NCBI GenBank assembly: GCA_032718475.1 | Contig: JAUCBJ010008689.1 | Coordinates: forward strand, 1-64,000 | Reading direction: 5' to 3' | From: Nemertoderma westbladi | Taxonomy: Eukaryota > Animalia > Xenacoelomorpha | Length of the DNA: 64,000 nt | Shown here: positions 37,407-51,865 of the stretch, piece by piece | How the letters are laid out: each line of letters starts with the position of its first letter | How positions within the stretch are numbered: the first letter of the stretch is position 1 | Position numbers and translations under genes: made by a program | Notes under the pieces: generated by a model | Seen by the model: only the letters and a program-made list of their open reading frames with translations | What the model was told of the DNA's origin: nothing | Database searches by the model: none

Positions 37407-40400
37407 AAATTACATAGACTTTAGTACCAAATAGTCACTATAGTTATTGTAAAATTACATAGACTTTAGTACCAAATAGTCACTATAGCTATTGTAAAAT
37501 TACATAGACTTTAGTACCAAATAGTCACTATAGTTATTGTAAAATTACATAGACTTTAGTACCAAATAGTCACTATAGCTATTGTAAAATTACATAGACT
37601 TTAGTACCAAATAGTCACTATAGCTATTGTAAAATTACATAGACTTTAGTACCAAATAGTCACTATAGCTATTGTAAAATTACATAGACTTTAGTACCAA
37701 ATAGTCACTATAGCTATTGTAAAATTACATAGACTTTAGTACCAAATAGTCACTATAGCTATTGTAAAATTACATAGACTTTAGTACCAAATAGTCACTA
37801 TAGCTATTGTAAAATTACATAGACTTTAGTACCAAATAGTCACTATAGCTATTGTAAAATTACATAGACTTTAGTACCAAATAGTCACTATAGCTATTGT
37901 AAAATTACATAGACTTTAGTACCAAATAGTCACTATAGCTATTGTAAAATTACATAGACTTTAGTACCAAATAGTCACTATAGCTATTGTAAAATTACAT
38001 AGACTTTAGTACCAAATAGTCACTATAGCTATTGTAAAATTACATAGACTTTAGTACCAAATAGTCACTATAGCTATTGTAAAATTACATAGACTTTAGT
38101 ACCAAATAGTCACTATAGCTATTGTAAAATTACATAGACTTTAGTACCAAATAGTCACTATAGCTATTGTAAAATTACATAGACTTTAGTACCAAATAGT
38201 CACTATAGCTATTGTAAAATTACATAGACTTTAGTACCAAATAGTCACTATAGCTATTGTAAAATTACATAGACTTTAGTACCAAATAGTCACTATAGCT
38301 ATTGTAAAATTACATAGACTTTAGTACCAAATAGTCACTATAGCTATTGTAAAATTACATAGACTTTAGTACCAAATAGTCACTATAGCTATTGTAAAAT
38401 TACATAGACTTTAGTACCAAATAGTCACTATAGCTATTGTAAAATTACATAGACTTTAGTACCAAATAGTCACTATAGCTATTGTAAAATTACATAGACT
38501 TTAGTACCAAATAGTCACTATAGCTATTGTAAAATTACATAGACTTTAGTACCAAATAGTCACTATAGCTATTGTAAAATTACATAGACTTTAGTACCAA
38601 ATAGTCACTATAGCTATTGTAAAATTACATAGACTTTAGTACCAAATAGTCACTATAGCTATTGTAAAATTACATAGACTTTAGTACCAAATAGTCACTA
38701 TAGCTATTGTAAAATTACATAGACTTTAGTACCAAATAGTCACTATAGCTATTGTAAAATTACATAGACTTTAGTACCAAATAGTCACTATAGCTATTGT
38801 AAAATTACATAGACTTTAGTACCAAATAGTCACTATAGCTATTGTAAAATTACATAGACTTTAGTACCAAATAGTCACTATAGCTATTGTAAAATTACAT
38901 AGACTTTAGTACCAAATAGTCACTATAGCTATTGTAAAATTACATAGACTTTAGTACCAAATAGTCACTATAGCTATTGTAAAATTACATAGACTTTAGT
39001 ACCAAATAGTCACTATAGCTATTGTAAAATTACATAGACTTTAGTACCAAATAGTCACTATAGCTATTGTAAAATTACATAGACTTTAGTACCAAATAGT
39101 CACTATAGCTATTGTAAAATTACATAGACTTTAGTACCAAATAGTCACTATAGCTATTGTAAAATTACATAGACTTTAGTACCAAATAGTCACTATAGCT
39201 ATTGTAAAATTACATAGACTTTTGTACCAAATAGTCACTATAGCTATTGTAAAATTACATAGACTTTTGTACCAAATAGTCACTATAGCTATTGTAAAAT
39301 TACATAGACTTTAGTACCAAATAGTCACTATAGCTATTGTAAAATTACATAGACTTTAGTACCAAATAGTCACTATAGCTATTGTAAATTACATAAAATT
39401 ACATAGACTTTAGTACCAAATAGTCACTATAGCTATTGTAAAATTACATAGACTTTAGTACCAAATAGTCACTATAGCTATTGTAAAATTACATAGACTT
39501 TAGTACCAAATAGTCACTATAGCTATTGTAAAATTACATAGACTTTAGTACCAAATAGTCACTATAGCTATTGTAAAATTACATAGACTTTAGTACCAAA
39601 TAGTCACTATAGCTATTGTAAAATTACATAGACTTTAGTACCAAATAGTCACTATAGCTATTGTAAAATTACATAGACTTTAGTACCAAATAGTCACTAT
39701 AGCTATTGTAAAATTACATAGACTTTAGTACCAAATAGTCACTATAGCTATTGTAAAATTACATAGACTTTAGTACCAAATAGTCACTATAGCTATTGTA
39801 AAATTACATAGACTTTTGTACCAAATAGTCACTATAGCTATTGTAAAATTACATAGACTTTAGTACCAAATAGTCACTATAGCTATTGTAAAATTACATA
39901 GACTTTAGTACCAAATAGTCACTATAGCTATTGTAAAATTACATAGACTTTAGTACCAAATAGTCACTATAGCTATTGTAAAATTACATAGACTTTAGTA
40001 CCAAATAGTCACTATAGCTATTGTAAAATTACATAGACTTTAGTACCAAATAGTCACTATAGCTATTGTAAAATTACATAGACTTTAGTACCAAATAGTC
40101 ACTATAGCTATTGTAAAATTACATAGACTTTAGTACCAAATAGTCACTATAGCTATTGTAAAATTACATAGACTTTAGTACCAAATAGTCACTATAGCTA
40201 TTGTAAAATTACATAGACTTTAGTACCAAATAGTCACTATAGCTATTGTAAAATTACATAGACTTTAGTACCAAATAGTCACTATAGTTATTGTAAAATT
40301 ACATAGACTTTAGTACCAAATAGTCACTATAGCTATTGTAAAATTACATAGACTTTAGTACCAAATAGTCACTATAGCTATTGTAAAATTACATAGACTT

Positions 40401-41964
40401 TAGTACCAAATAGTCACTATAGCTATTGTAAAATTACATAGACTTTAGTACCAAATAGTCACTATAGCTATTGTAAAATTACATAGACTTTAGTACCAAA
40501 TAGTCACTATAGCTATTGTAAAATTACATAGACTTTAGTACCAAATAGTCACTATAGTTATTGTACAATTACATAGACTTTAGTACCAAATAGTCACTAT
40601 AGCTATTGTAAAATTACATAGACTTTGGTACCAAATAGTCACTATAGCTATTGTAAAATTACATAGACTTTAGTACCAAATAGTCACTATAGCTATTGTA
40701 AAATTACATGGACTTTAGTACCAAATAGTCACTATAGCTATTGTAAAATTACATAGACTTTAGTACCAAATAGTCACTATAGCTATTGTAAAATTACATA
40801 GACTTTAGTACCAAATAGTCACTATAGCTATTGTAAAATTACATAGACTTTAGTACCAAATAGTCACTATAGCTATTGTAAAATTACATAGACTTTAGTA
40901 CCAAATAGTCACTATAGCTATTGTAAAATTACATAGACTTTAGTACCAAATAGTCACTATAGCTATTGTAAAATTACATAGACTTTAGTACCAAATAGTC
41001 ACTATAGCTATTGTAAAATTACATCGACTTTAGTACCAAATAGTCACTATAGCTATTGTAAAATTACATAGACTTTAGTACCAAATAGTCACTATAGTTA
41101 TTGTAAAATTACATAGACTTTAGTACCAAATAGTCACTATAGTTATTGTAAAATTACATAGACTTTAGTACCAAATAGTCACTATAGCTATTGTAAAATT
41201 ACATAGACTTTAGTACCAAATAGTCACTATAGCTATTGTAAAATTACATAGACTTTAGTACCAAATAGTCACTATAGCTATTGTAAAATTACATAGACTT
41301 TAGTACCAAATAGTCACTATAGCTATTGTAAAATTACATAGACTTTAGTACCAAATAGTCACTATAGCTATTGTAAAATTACATAGACTTTAGTACCAAA
41401 TAGTCACTATAGCTATTGTAAAATTACATAGACTTTAGTACCAAATAGTCACTATAGTTATTGTAAAATTACATAGACTTTAGTACCAAATAGTCACTAT
41501 AGTTATTGTAAAATTACATAGACTTTAGTACCAAATAGTCACTATAGCTATTGTAAAATTACATAGACTTTAGTACCAAATAGTCACTATAGCTATTGTA
41601 AAATTACATAGACTTTAGTACCAAATAGTCACTATAGCTTTTGTAAAATTACATAGACTTTAGTACCAAATAGTCACTATAGTTATTGTAAAATTACATA
41701 GACTTTAGTACCAAATAGTCACTATAGCTATTGTAAAATTACATAGACTTTAGTACCAAATAGTCACTATAGCTTTTGTAAAATTACATAGACTTTAGTA
41801 CCAAATAGTCACTATAGTTATTGTAAAATTACATAGACTTTAGTACCAAATAGTCACTATAGCTATTGTAAAATTACATAGACTTTAGTACCAAATAGTC
41901 ACTATAGCTATTGTAAAATTACATAGACTTTAGTACCAAATAGTCACTATAGCTATTGTAAATT
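37407..41964. repeat. 45-bp satellite AAAATTACATAGACTTTAGTACCAAATAGTCACTATAGCTATTGT, about 100 copies
   Basis: Directly visible and highly homogeneous. Confidence 0.98.
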
Positions 41965-42347
41965 GTTTCTTTGTTATGAATATTATCGGTCGATTTTGCA
42001 AACCCCCACGACGCCGATATACACGTGGATCGTCAGACCCCGGTTCGAATCCCATCGACGTAGTGAAATCGAGTTTTTTTTTTCAATAATTTGTTTTTCT
42101 TTTGTTTTCATTGAATTTCCAGCCGAATTTACTCAAATAAACGCCCCCTTTAAAACGGAATTACCAACTTAAACGCCCTTCTTTATATTTAACTTAACGC
42201 CCGGGCTCGTATTCGGTTAGATACGGTATTTACATTCATGTTTATAAAACGATTTTAAAACTATTTTTCATAGACCTTTTTGTTTTAAATTTAAGTTCAA
42301 TGTTTCTCAACAAATTAACAATAAGTTATCTTAATTAAATAATGTTA

Positions 42348-43615
42348 CGAGAAAGGCATTTCCTAAAGGAAATGCAACCACGAAGCTAAGGAAAATTAAA
42401 CAAACGGCCACACTTTGGTTCGCTTGCTTAGCCTCGTTTAGTAGCAATTGTCAATAATTAACTTCTATTCCCATGGAAACTAGAGTTCTCTGGAACTGTT
42501 GCTTTAACCTTTGAAAAAAAATTCAGTACAGATTGTGGTTCAGATAACACATATACTGAGTTTCAGAAAATATTGTAGTTTATGTCCAGATTACCGATTT
42601 TCTATCAAATTGCATCTGTTTGCAGTGGTTGTCATGGAAACTGAAAAATAGAACAATGTAATTCGGATGCAGAATAAGTCATATTGTGGGGGTAGGGGTT
42701 AGTCCCAAGTCATAATACTATTAACTTGTGCTTCAAATTATCATTTTATAAATTTTAACATCTGTTTAGACTTGTTGCTATGGTAACTGTATTTTCTAAT
42801 TAACCTCAAACGGCTTGGATATGGATCTTATAGATGAGTTGCAAAACCCCAAGTTTATATATATTACAGTTTTGCTACAAATAGAGTTATCAATATAGAT
42901 TTGAATGATATAGAGTTTAATAAACTACAGTTACCATGGTAACTAAATTTCTGGAATAATTTAAGTTTCACTAAAAGTTCCAACTCGTGGTCCAGATAAC
43001 ACATACCCAGTTTTGTAAAATTTTATCGTGAAGTCTATGTCCAAATGAATAAGTTTTGAATAAAAACATCTGTTTTCAGCGGTTGTCATGGTAACTGAAA
43101 AATAGAACAATGTAATTCGGATGCAGAATAAGTTATATAGTGGGGGTAGGGGTTGGTCCCAAGTCATAACACCTTAACCTTAGGCTTCAAATTAACATTT
43201 TATAAATTTTAACATCTGTCTAGCCCGGTTGCCAAGGTAACTGGATTTTCTATTTAACCTCAATCGGCTCTGCTATGGACCTTATAGTTGTGTTGAGAAA
43301 CCCCAAGTTTATATCTATTATAGTTTTCCTACAAATAGAGTTTTAAATATTGACTTGAAATACATAGACTTTTTTCTAAGTCCGTTGCCATGGAAACCAG
43401 ATTTTTCCTGGATATGAGACCCAGCCCAAAAGATGCGCCTCGACGAGTAGTATATACATGCAAAATTTCAGGGTACTTTTAAAGGCTAGTTTTTTCACCT
43501 ATCAAAAAAAACCAAATCTGCCTCACACAAGTAAAATAGCCCACTATGAATAGACCATCTCAGCTAAGGAAAATCTTTCTTAGCGAAAGTAGTTGATTTT
43601 CCTTAGCTTCGTGGA
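42348..43615 (-). mobile_element. Non-autonomous Helitron/Helentron-type element, copy 1
   Basis: Minus strand starts A|TCCACG, has a 19-bp subterminal inverted repeat CCACGAAGCTAAGGAAAAT, a 14-bp local 5' inverted repeat, a 3' hairpin GCATTTCCT-TT-AGGAAATGC, and ends CTCG|T. Confidence 0.8.
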
Positions 43616-43840
43616 TATTGCATGACATTGCAATTATTCGTTGTTTTATTAGACGGTTCAAGTTAATGTCTGGAGGTGATTATTAATTGCTTAGATTTCA
43701 ATGAGACACTGATTTTTTCATTAAATTTATTTTACCCATATAAAAAAGTTAATCAACAATAATTAATAACATCACACCAGTGAATCATGACCAAAATCAC
43801 ATTGGATTTATAAATTAATTGATATTTTAGTTTTAGCCTA

Positions 43841-45113
43841 CGAGAAAGGCATTTCCTAAAGGAAATGCAACCACGAAGCTAAGGAAAATTAAACAAACGG
43901 CCACACTTTGGTTCGTTGCTTGCTTAGCCTCGTTTAGTAGCAATTGTCAATAATTAACTTCTATTCCCATGGAAACTAGAGTTCGCTGGAACTGTTGCTT
44001 TAACCTTTGAAAAAAAATTCAGTACAGATTGTGGTTCAGATAACACATGTACTGAGTTTTAGAAAATATTGTAGTTTATGTCCAAATTACCGATTTTCTA
44101 TCAAAATGCATCTGTTTGTAGTGGTTGTCATGGAAACTGAAAAATAGAACAATGTAATTCGGATGCAGAATAAGTCATATAGTGAGGGTAGGTGTTGGTC
44201 CCAAGTCATAATACTATTAACTTGTGCTTCAAATTATCATTTTATAAATTTTAATATCTGTTTAGTCTTGTTGCTATGGTGACTGGAATTTCTAATTAAC
44301 CTCGAACGGCTTGGATATGAACCTTATAGTTGAGTTGAGAAACCCCAAGTTTATATCTATTGCGGTTTTTCTACAAATAGAGTTATGAATATAGACTTGA
44401 ATGATATAATCTGTAATAAACTCCAGTTACCACGGTAACTAGATATTTCTGGAATGTTTTGAGTTTCACTAAAAGTTCCAACTAGTGGTCCAGATAACAC
44501 ATACCCAGTTTTGTAAAATTTTATCGTGAAGTCTATGTCCAAATGAATAAGTTTTGAATAAAAACATCTGTTTTCAGCGGTTGTCATGGTAACTGAAAAA
44601 TAGAACAATGTAATTCGGATGCAGAATAAGTTATATAGTGGGGGTAGGGGTTGGTCCCAAGTCATAACACCTTGCCCTTAGGCTTCAAATTAACATTTTA
44701 TAAATTTTAACATCTGTTTATCCCGGTTGCCAAGGTAACTGGATTTTCTATTTAGCCTCAATCGGATCTGCTATGGACCTTATAGTTGTGTTGCGAAACC
44801 CCAAGTTTATATCTATTATAGTTTTCCTACAAATAGAGTTATAAATATTGACTTGAAATACATAGACTTTTTTTGAAGTCCGTTGCCATGGAAACCAGAT
44901 TTTTCCTGGATATGAGACCCGGCCCAAAAGATGCGCCTCGTCGAGTAGTATATACATGCAAAATTTCAGGGTACTTTTAAAGGCTAGTTTTTTCGCCTAT
45001 CAAAAAACCCCAAATCTGCCTCACACAAGTAAAATAGCCCACTATGAATAGACCATCTCAGCTAAGGAAAATCTTTCTTAGCGAAAGTAGTTGATTTTCC
45101 TTAGCTTCGTGGA
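43841..45113 (-). mobile_element. Same element, copy 2
   Basis: Same termini and internal sequence. Confidence 0.8.
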
Positions 45114-45156
45114 TTTTCCTAATTTGCCGGTCTATTAATTATTTTGCTATACATAA

Positions 45157-46429
45157 CGAGAAAGGCATTTCCTAAAGGAAATGCAACCACGAAGCTAAGG
45201 AAAATTAAACAAACGGCCACACTTTGGTTCGTTGCTTGCTTAGCCTCGTTTAGTAGCAATTGTCAATAATTAACTTCTATTCCCATGGAAACTAGAGTTC
45301 GCTGGAACTGTTGCTTTAACCTTTGAAAAAAAATTCAGTACAGATTGTGGTTCAGATAACACATGTACTGAGTTTTAGAAAATATTGTAGTTTATGTCCA
45401 AATTACCGATTTTCTATCAAAATGCATCTGTTTGTAGTGGTTGTCATGGAAACTGAAAAATAGAACAATGTAATTCGGATGCAGAATAAGTCATATAGTG
45501 GGGGTAGGTGTTGGTCCCAAGTCATAATACTATTAACTTGTGCTTCAAATTATCATTTTATAAATTTTAATATCTGTTTAGTCTTGTTGCTATGGTGACT
45601 GGAATTTCTAATTAACCTCGAACGGCTTGGATATGAACCTTATAGTTGAGTTGAGAAACCCCAAGTTTATATCTATTGCGGTTTTTCTACAAATAGAGTT
45701 ATGAATATAGACTTGAATGATATAATCTGTAATAAACTCCAGTTACCACGGTAACTAGATATTTCTGGAATGTTTTGAGTTTCACTAAAAGTTCCAACTA
45801 GTGGTCCAGATAACACATACCCAGTTTTGTAAAATTTTATCGTGAAGTCTATGTCCAAATGAATAAGTTTTGAATAAAAACATCTGTTTTCAGCGGTTGT
45901 CATGGTAACTGAAAAATAGAACAATGTAATTCGGATGCAGAATAAGTTATATAGTGGGGGTAGGGGTTGGTCCCAAGTCATAACACCTTGCCCTTAGGCT
46001 TCAAATTAACATTTTATAAATTTTAACATCTGTTTATCCCGGTTGCCAAGGTAACTGGATTTTCTATTTAGCCTCAATCGGATCTGCTATGGACCTTATA
46101 GTTGTGTTGCGAAACCCCAAGTTTATATCTATTATAGTTTTCCTACAAATAGAGTTATAAATATTGACTTGAAATACATAGACTTTTTTTGAAGTCCGTT
46201 GCCATGGAAACCAGATTTTTCCTGGATATGAGACCCGGCCCAAAAGATGCGCCTCGTCGAGTAGTATATACATGCAAAATTTCAGGGTACTTTTAAAGGC
46301 TAGTTTTTTCGCCTATCAAAAAACCCCAAATCTGCCTCACACAAGTAAAATAGCCCACTATGAATAGACCATCTCAGCTAAGGAAAATCTTTCTTAGCGA
46401 AAGTAGTTGATTTTCCTTAGCTTCGTGGA
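45157..46429 (-). mobile_element. Same element, copy 3 (almost identical to copy 2, offset 1316 bp)
   Basis: Same termini; identical spurious ORFs at a 1316-bp offset. Confidence 0.8.
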
Positions 46430-46700
46430 CATACTGTATTAATAATAATATGTTTTTAAATGTCCAAAGTTAGTGTCCCGTAATGCAAACTTTTATTAAT
46501 TGTTCCGTTAGCAGTGTAGATATTATGTAGCAAAATATATAAATATAGGACATATAAGTATGAACATATAAATAGATAGTATGTATATCATTATATTATA
46601 TTTTTCAATTAAATTCAATTGGATTAATAAATATAGTTTTTTAAAGTAAATGTGACGTCAAGGTGTTAGTTTCTCGTTAGTTTTCCTTCAGGTCACTGTA

Positions 46701-48508
46701 CTAGAAAGGCATTTCCTAAAGGAAATGCAACCACGAAGCTAAGGAAAATTAAACACAATTGACTCATCAGTTCATTGATTTACCGAGTTAAAAGAACTCC
46801 GGGTATTGCCAAGGTAACTGGACTTTTCTAGAAATGCTGAGTTTTACATTAAGATCTAGTTTGTGGTTCCAGGTGACACATCGACTTCAAGGAAGCTTCA
46901 TTGAGTAGTTTATGTGCAAAATTAATTATTAATTTGTTAAAAAGTCTGTTTGCAGTGGTTGTCAAGGTAACTGGCAAATAGAACAACGTAGATTGGATGC
47001 AGAATAAGTGATATTATGGTGGTAGGGGTTGGTCCCAAGTCATAATGCCTTTAACTTGTGTTTCTAATTATAATTTTTTAAATTATAACATCTGTTTAGC
47101 CTGGTTACCAAGGTAACTGGATTTTCTAATTAACCACAATTGGCTCCTCTAAGGACCTTCCTTATAGTTGAGTTGGGAAACCCAATATTTATATCTAATA
47201 CAGTTTTCCTACAAACAAGAGTTAAAAATATAGACTTGAATGATATTGACTTTAATAAGCTCCAGTTACCATGGTAACTAGATATTTCTGGAATGTTTTG
47301 AGTTTCACTAAAAGTTCCAACTAGTGGTCCAGATAACACATACCCAGTTTTGTAAAATTTTATCGTGAAGTCTATGTCCAAATGAATAATTGTTGTATAA
47401 AAACATCTGTTTTCAGCGGTTGTCATGGTAACTGCAAAATAGAACAATCAAATTCGGACGCAGAATAAGTTATATAGTGGGGGTAGGGATTGGTCCCAAG
47501 TCATCACACCTTAACCTTAGGCTTCAAATTAACATTTTAAAAATTTTAACATCTGTTTAGCCCGGTTGCCAAGGTAACTGGATTTTCTATTTAACCTCAA
47601 TCGGCTCTGCTATGGACCTTATAGTTGTGTTGAGAAACCCCAAGTTTATATGTATTATAGTTTTCCTACAAATAGAGTTACAAATATTGACTTGAAATAC
47701 ATAGACTTTTTTCTAAGTCCGTTGCCATGGAAACCAGATTTTTCCTGGATATGAGACCCATCCCACACGACGCGCCTTGATGAGTTGTATATACATGCAA
47801 AATTTCAGGGTACTTTTAAAGGCTAGTTTTTTCACCTATCAAAAAACACTAAATCTGCCTCCATACAAGTAAAACAGCCCACTATGAATAGACCATCTCA
47901 GCTAAGGAAAATCTTTCTTAGCGAAAGTAGTTGATTTTCCTTAGCTTCGTGGATAAAAACATCTGTTTTCAGCGGTTGTCAAGGTAACTGCAAAATAGAA
48001 CAATCAAATTCGGACGCAGAATAAGTTATATAGTGGGGGTAGGGATAGGTCCCAAGTCATCACACCTTAACCTTAGGCTTCAAATTAACATTTTAAAAAT
48101 TTTAACATCTGTTTAGCCCGGTTGCCAAGGTAACTGGATTTTCTATTTAACCTCAATCGGCTCTGCTATGGACCTTATAGTTGTGTTGAGAAACCCCAAG
48201 TTTATATGTATTATAGTTTTCCTACAAATAGAGTTATAAATATTGACTTGATATACATAGACTTTTTTCTAAGTCCGTTACCATGGAAACCAGATTTTTC
48301 CTGGATATGAGACCCGGCCCAAAAGATGCGCCTCGACGAGTAGTATATACATGCAAAATTTCAGGGTACTTTTAAAGGCTAGTTTTTTCACCTATCAAAA
48401 AACCCCAAATCTGCCTCATACAAGTAAAATAGCCCACTATGAATAGACCATCTCAGCTAAGGAAAATCTTTCTTAGCGAAAGTAGTTGATTTTCCTTAGC
48501 TTCGTGGA
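46701..48508 (-). mobile_element. Same family, variant copy 4 (46701-47953) fused directly to a partial copy (47954-48508)
   Basis: The 3' end reads canonical CTAG|T on the minus strand. A second 5' terminus at 48508 runs about 555 bp and abuts the 5' terminus at 47953. Confidence 0.8.
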
Positions 48509-49272
48509 CGATGGTCCCACCACATTTGGGTATACTGCTGGAGTCCTTCAGGGTGACACACTTCCACCATTCTTATTCGTATTTGTGGTTGATTATGTTC
48601 TGCGCATGTCCTTAGTCCATCTTAATAAAGATGGGGTGGGGTGATGGTAACACCCTGGCACAAGAAGTAGAGGAAATCCTGCCAAGTACCTAACTGATCT
48701 AGACTTTGCCGATGACTTAGGAGTACTCTCAGAATCACTAGCGGAAGCCCAAAGACTCATCTGCTCATTAGAACAGGTTGCTTCTAGTGTTTGTCTTTTT
48801 GTAAATTCCAAGAAGACCAAAATCTTACAGTCAACCTAGACAGCCCTCAAGAAATGTCCGATGAATGGGAGAATATTTTAGGCAAGGAATGGTAAGTACA
48901 ATGCACACATCTACAATCAGACTCTATACAACATTGGAGGTGTTCCATTAGTCTCCCCTAGCTTGACACGTGAACGGAACCGTCTCCGCTTTACAGGACA
49001 TTGCTTTCGCCGTGAGGACCAGCCAGTGCATAATCTTGTGCTTTGGCGGCCTCATGGAGTGAATAATTATGGTGGACAGCCCATGGCTTTTTTGAGACGC
49101 ATCTTAAAGGACGCTGGCCTTAAAGATGCGGATGATCTAGCGAATGTCATGGGTGATAGGGAGTTGTGGCGGTGCAATTTTGTCGACAAGCCGGCATAGC
49201 ATTCTTAATATATATATAAAATATATATTATGCAGCTGCAATGCAGCACGCCGATCGTAGTGGTTGTAGTAG
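48509..49272 (+). mobile_element. RTE-clade LINE, degenerate 3' fragment with internal deletion
   Basis: GVLQGDTL.PFLF, LTDLDFADDLG and RLRFTGHCFRR...DRELWR motifs; same family as 60767-62006; (TAG)-type tail. Confidence 0.9.
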
Positions 49273-49289
49273 GTCCCAACCAGTATAAC

Positions 49290-49710
49290 AGGAGTGGGGC
49301 TTCCATGTAGCAGAGTTGGGCCTTTGTACAGCATATTGAGCTTTCGTGCAGCATAGTGGGGCCTCTGTGCAGCATATTGGGGCCACTGCGCAGCAGAGTG
49401 GGATCCTCGTGTTGAAGAGTGGGGCCACCGTGCAGCAGAGTGGGGAACAGAGTTGGGCCACCGTGCAGAAGTATGGGACCTTCATGCCGCAGAGGGCCTT
49501 CATGCAACAGAGTGGGGCCTCCGTGCAGCATAGTGAGGCCTCTGTGCAGCAGAGTGGGATCCCCGTGCAGCATATTGGGGCCACTGCGCAGCAGAGTGGG
49601 ATCCTCGTGCTGAAGAGTGGGGCCTCTGTGCAGCAGAGTGGGATCCCCGTGCAGCAAATTGGGGCTACTGCGCAGCAGAGTGGGATCCTCGTGCTGCAGA
49701 ATGAGGCCCC
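49290..49710. repeat. Degenerate 21-bp minisatellite (GTGCAGCAGAGTGGGGCCTCT-like)
   Basis: Directly visible with a repeating pattern of variants. Confidence 0.85.
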
Positions 49711-50178
49711 AGTTATTAAATTTCGTTACTTTGTTCTTTAAATTTAATGGCCTGATTACATGATGTAACCGTAATCTTCCATGTTTTTTGTTAATATTCC
49801 GCGCTGTATGAGTATGATACCAGTATGCATGTGGAACTTGTACTGTTTTTCGTGCTTTATCTGGTGAGAGGCTCGTCATGGGATGGTACCATTGACTATA
49901 TGGAAAAAACTTTGGCAATCAAGTATGGAGTAGCGTTACCGGATACCCGGCCTACACAACTAAGGGGGCGTTAGACCTCGGAATGTAGGGATTTTGGACT
50001 TGGTCTTAACTCTATGCACCTATAATAGAACCTCCGCTTACACCCACCAGCCCATGTTACTAAAATCTAATCAGGGTTCTGGCTGAAGTTTTAACCAGAC
50101 AGCTTCCCCTTCAACTTTTTCGCGCGGGGGGGGGGGGGGGGGGTGGGAGGATTTGCAGTACTTAGCGGATTTTAGTGG

Positions 50179-50795
50179 GAGACTGCCGCACTAGACCCAG
50201 TTCCGGCGGTTGAGACTGCCGCACTAGACCCAGTACCAGCGGTTGAGACTGCCGCACTAGACCCAGTTCCGGCGGTTGAGACTGCCGCACTAGACCCAGT
50301 ACCGGCGGTTGAGACTGCCGCACTAGACCCAGTACCGGCGGTTGAGACTGCCGCACTAGACCCAGTACCGGCGGTTGAGACTGCCGCACTAGACCCAGTA
50401 CCGGCGGTTGAGACTGCCGCACTAGACCCAGTACCGGCGGTTGAGACTGCCGCACTAGACCTAGTACCGGCGGTTGAGACTGCCGCACTAGACCCAGTAC
50501 CGGCGGTTGAGACTGCCGCACTAGACCCAGTACCGGCGGTTGAGACTGCCGCACTAGACCCAGTACCGGCAGTTGAGACTGCCGCACTAGACCCAGTACC
50601 GGCGGTTGAGACTGCCGCACTAGACCCAGTACCGGCGGTTGAGACTGCCGCACTAGACCCAGTACCGGCGGTTGAGACTGCCGCACTAGACCCAGTACCG
50701 GCGGTTGAGACTGCCGCACTAGACCCAGTACCGGCAGTTGAGACTGCCGCACTAGACCCAGTACCGGCGGTTGAGACTGCCGCACTAGACCCAGT
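50179..50795. repeat. 33-bp minisatellite GAGACTGCCGCACTAGACCCAGTACCGGCGGTT, about 18-19 copies
   Basis: Directly visible. Confidence 0.97.
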
Positions 50796-51449
50796 GCACT
50801 TAATTTAATAAATTTTGTAAAATATATAAAATATTAAATAAAAATGTGTTTATCAATTTATAAATAAGACCCGCTACCCATTCTTTGTAGAATATTGCTA
50901 TGGCTGCCTCTCTACCAGTAGAATCTAGGAATTTTTATATTTTAGTTATCTTTCTATCTGATGGCAAATGAGTTCAATAGTGAAGTAGCGTTAATTTTCA
51001 GCTCTAGGTAGGCCTATAGTTAAATTAATTTGAGAAAAGAAATAGAGACATAATCAATTCAAGTTACACTGAAGCCACATTACAAACAAAATTATAATAG
51101 TTAATAATAATTATAATATTTACAAAAGTGATAGTGTCAGACGTTGTAGTTGTAATCAGAATGGTGTAGTTTCTCTACGCTGGCTAGGTGGCCAGGGGAA
51201 ATCTCTAAAATTAGGTTTAAGTTAGTTAGGCTAATTAGTTGTCCGAAAATTAGGTCCAAAATCAGATGAAAAATCACGTCTCAGTCTGGTTAAATATTAG
51301 AAACATGGGCTGGTGGGTTGGTGTGAGAGGAGGTTCTATAATTTCTTAGAGTTAATATGGGAATCATCCCAGAAGGTCCATCAGTTCATTTTATATTTTT
51401 TTTGAAATATTTGTATTTATGGTCGCTACCCCCCTTAAATGTACCAATA

Positions 51450-51865
51450 AAAGAGAAAGTGCTGCGTAAGAGCCAAAACAGATTTCGACCAAGTAGATCA
51501 ACAATAGCTCAGATACTTGCACTACGGAGACTAATTGAAGGAATTAAGTCAAAGAATCTCCCCGCAGTCATGACTTTTGTGGACTTCAAGAAGGCATTCG
51601 ACTCCATCCATAGAGGTAAAATGCTTGAAATCCTAAGAGCTTATGGAATACCAGAAGTAATTGTTGCTGGCATTGGATTGTTATATTGTGACACAGAAGC
51701 GCAGGTACTCTCACCAGATGGTGAAACTGAGTTTTTCTCAATCCTGGCTGGCGTACTGCAAGGTGACACATTAGCACCATTACTATTTGTAATTGTGCTG
51801 GATTACGCAATGAGGACGGCAACAAAGGGTGAAGATCTGGGATTCACAGAACGCAGAAGTAGTAG
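51450..51865 (+). mobile_element. Internal reverse-transcriptase fragment of a second RTE-like LINE family
   Basis: QNRFRPSRSTIAQILALRRLIEG, FVDFKKAFDSIHRGKM and GVLQGDTLAPLLF motifs. Confidence 0.9.

Noticed and set aside
19409-41964. Tandem arrays as CRISPR loci
   Set aside because: Units are contiguous with no unique spacers, there are no cas genes, and the context is eukaryotic.
42020-42085. GGTTCGAATCCC B-box as a tRNA gene
   Set aside because: No cloverleaf or convincing A-box and acceptor stem; at most a SINE remnant.
42961-47447. Repeated small ORFs (MTWDQPLPP..., MYILLDEAH...) as a gene family
   Set aside because: They recur only because they lie inside copies of the non-autonomous element, and their stops differ between copies.
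49205-50785. ORFs of 237 and 207 aa on minus
   Set aside because: Derived from the 21-bp and 33-bp minisatellites.
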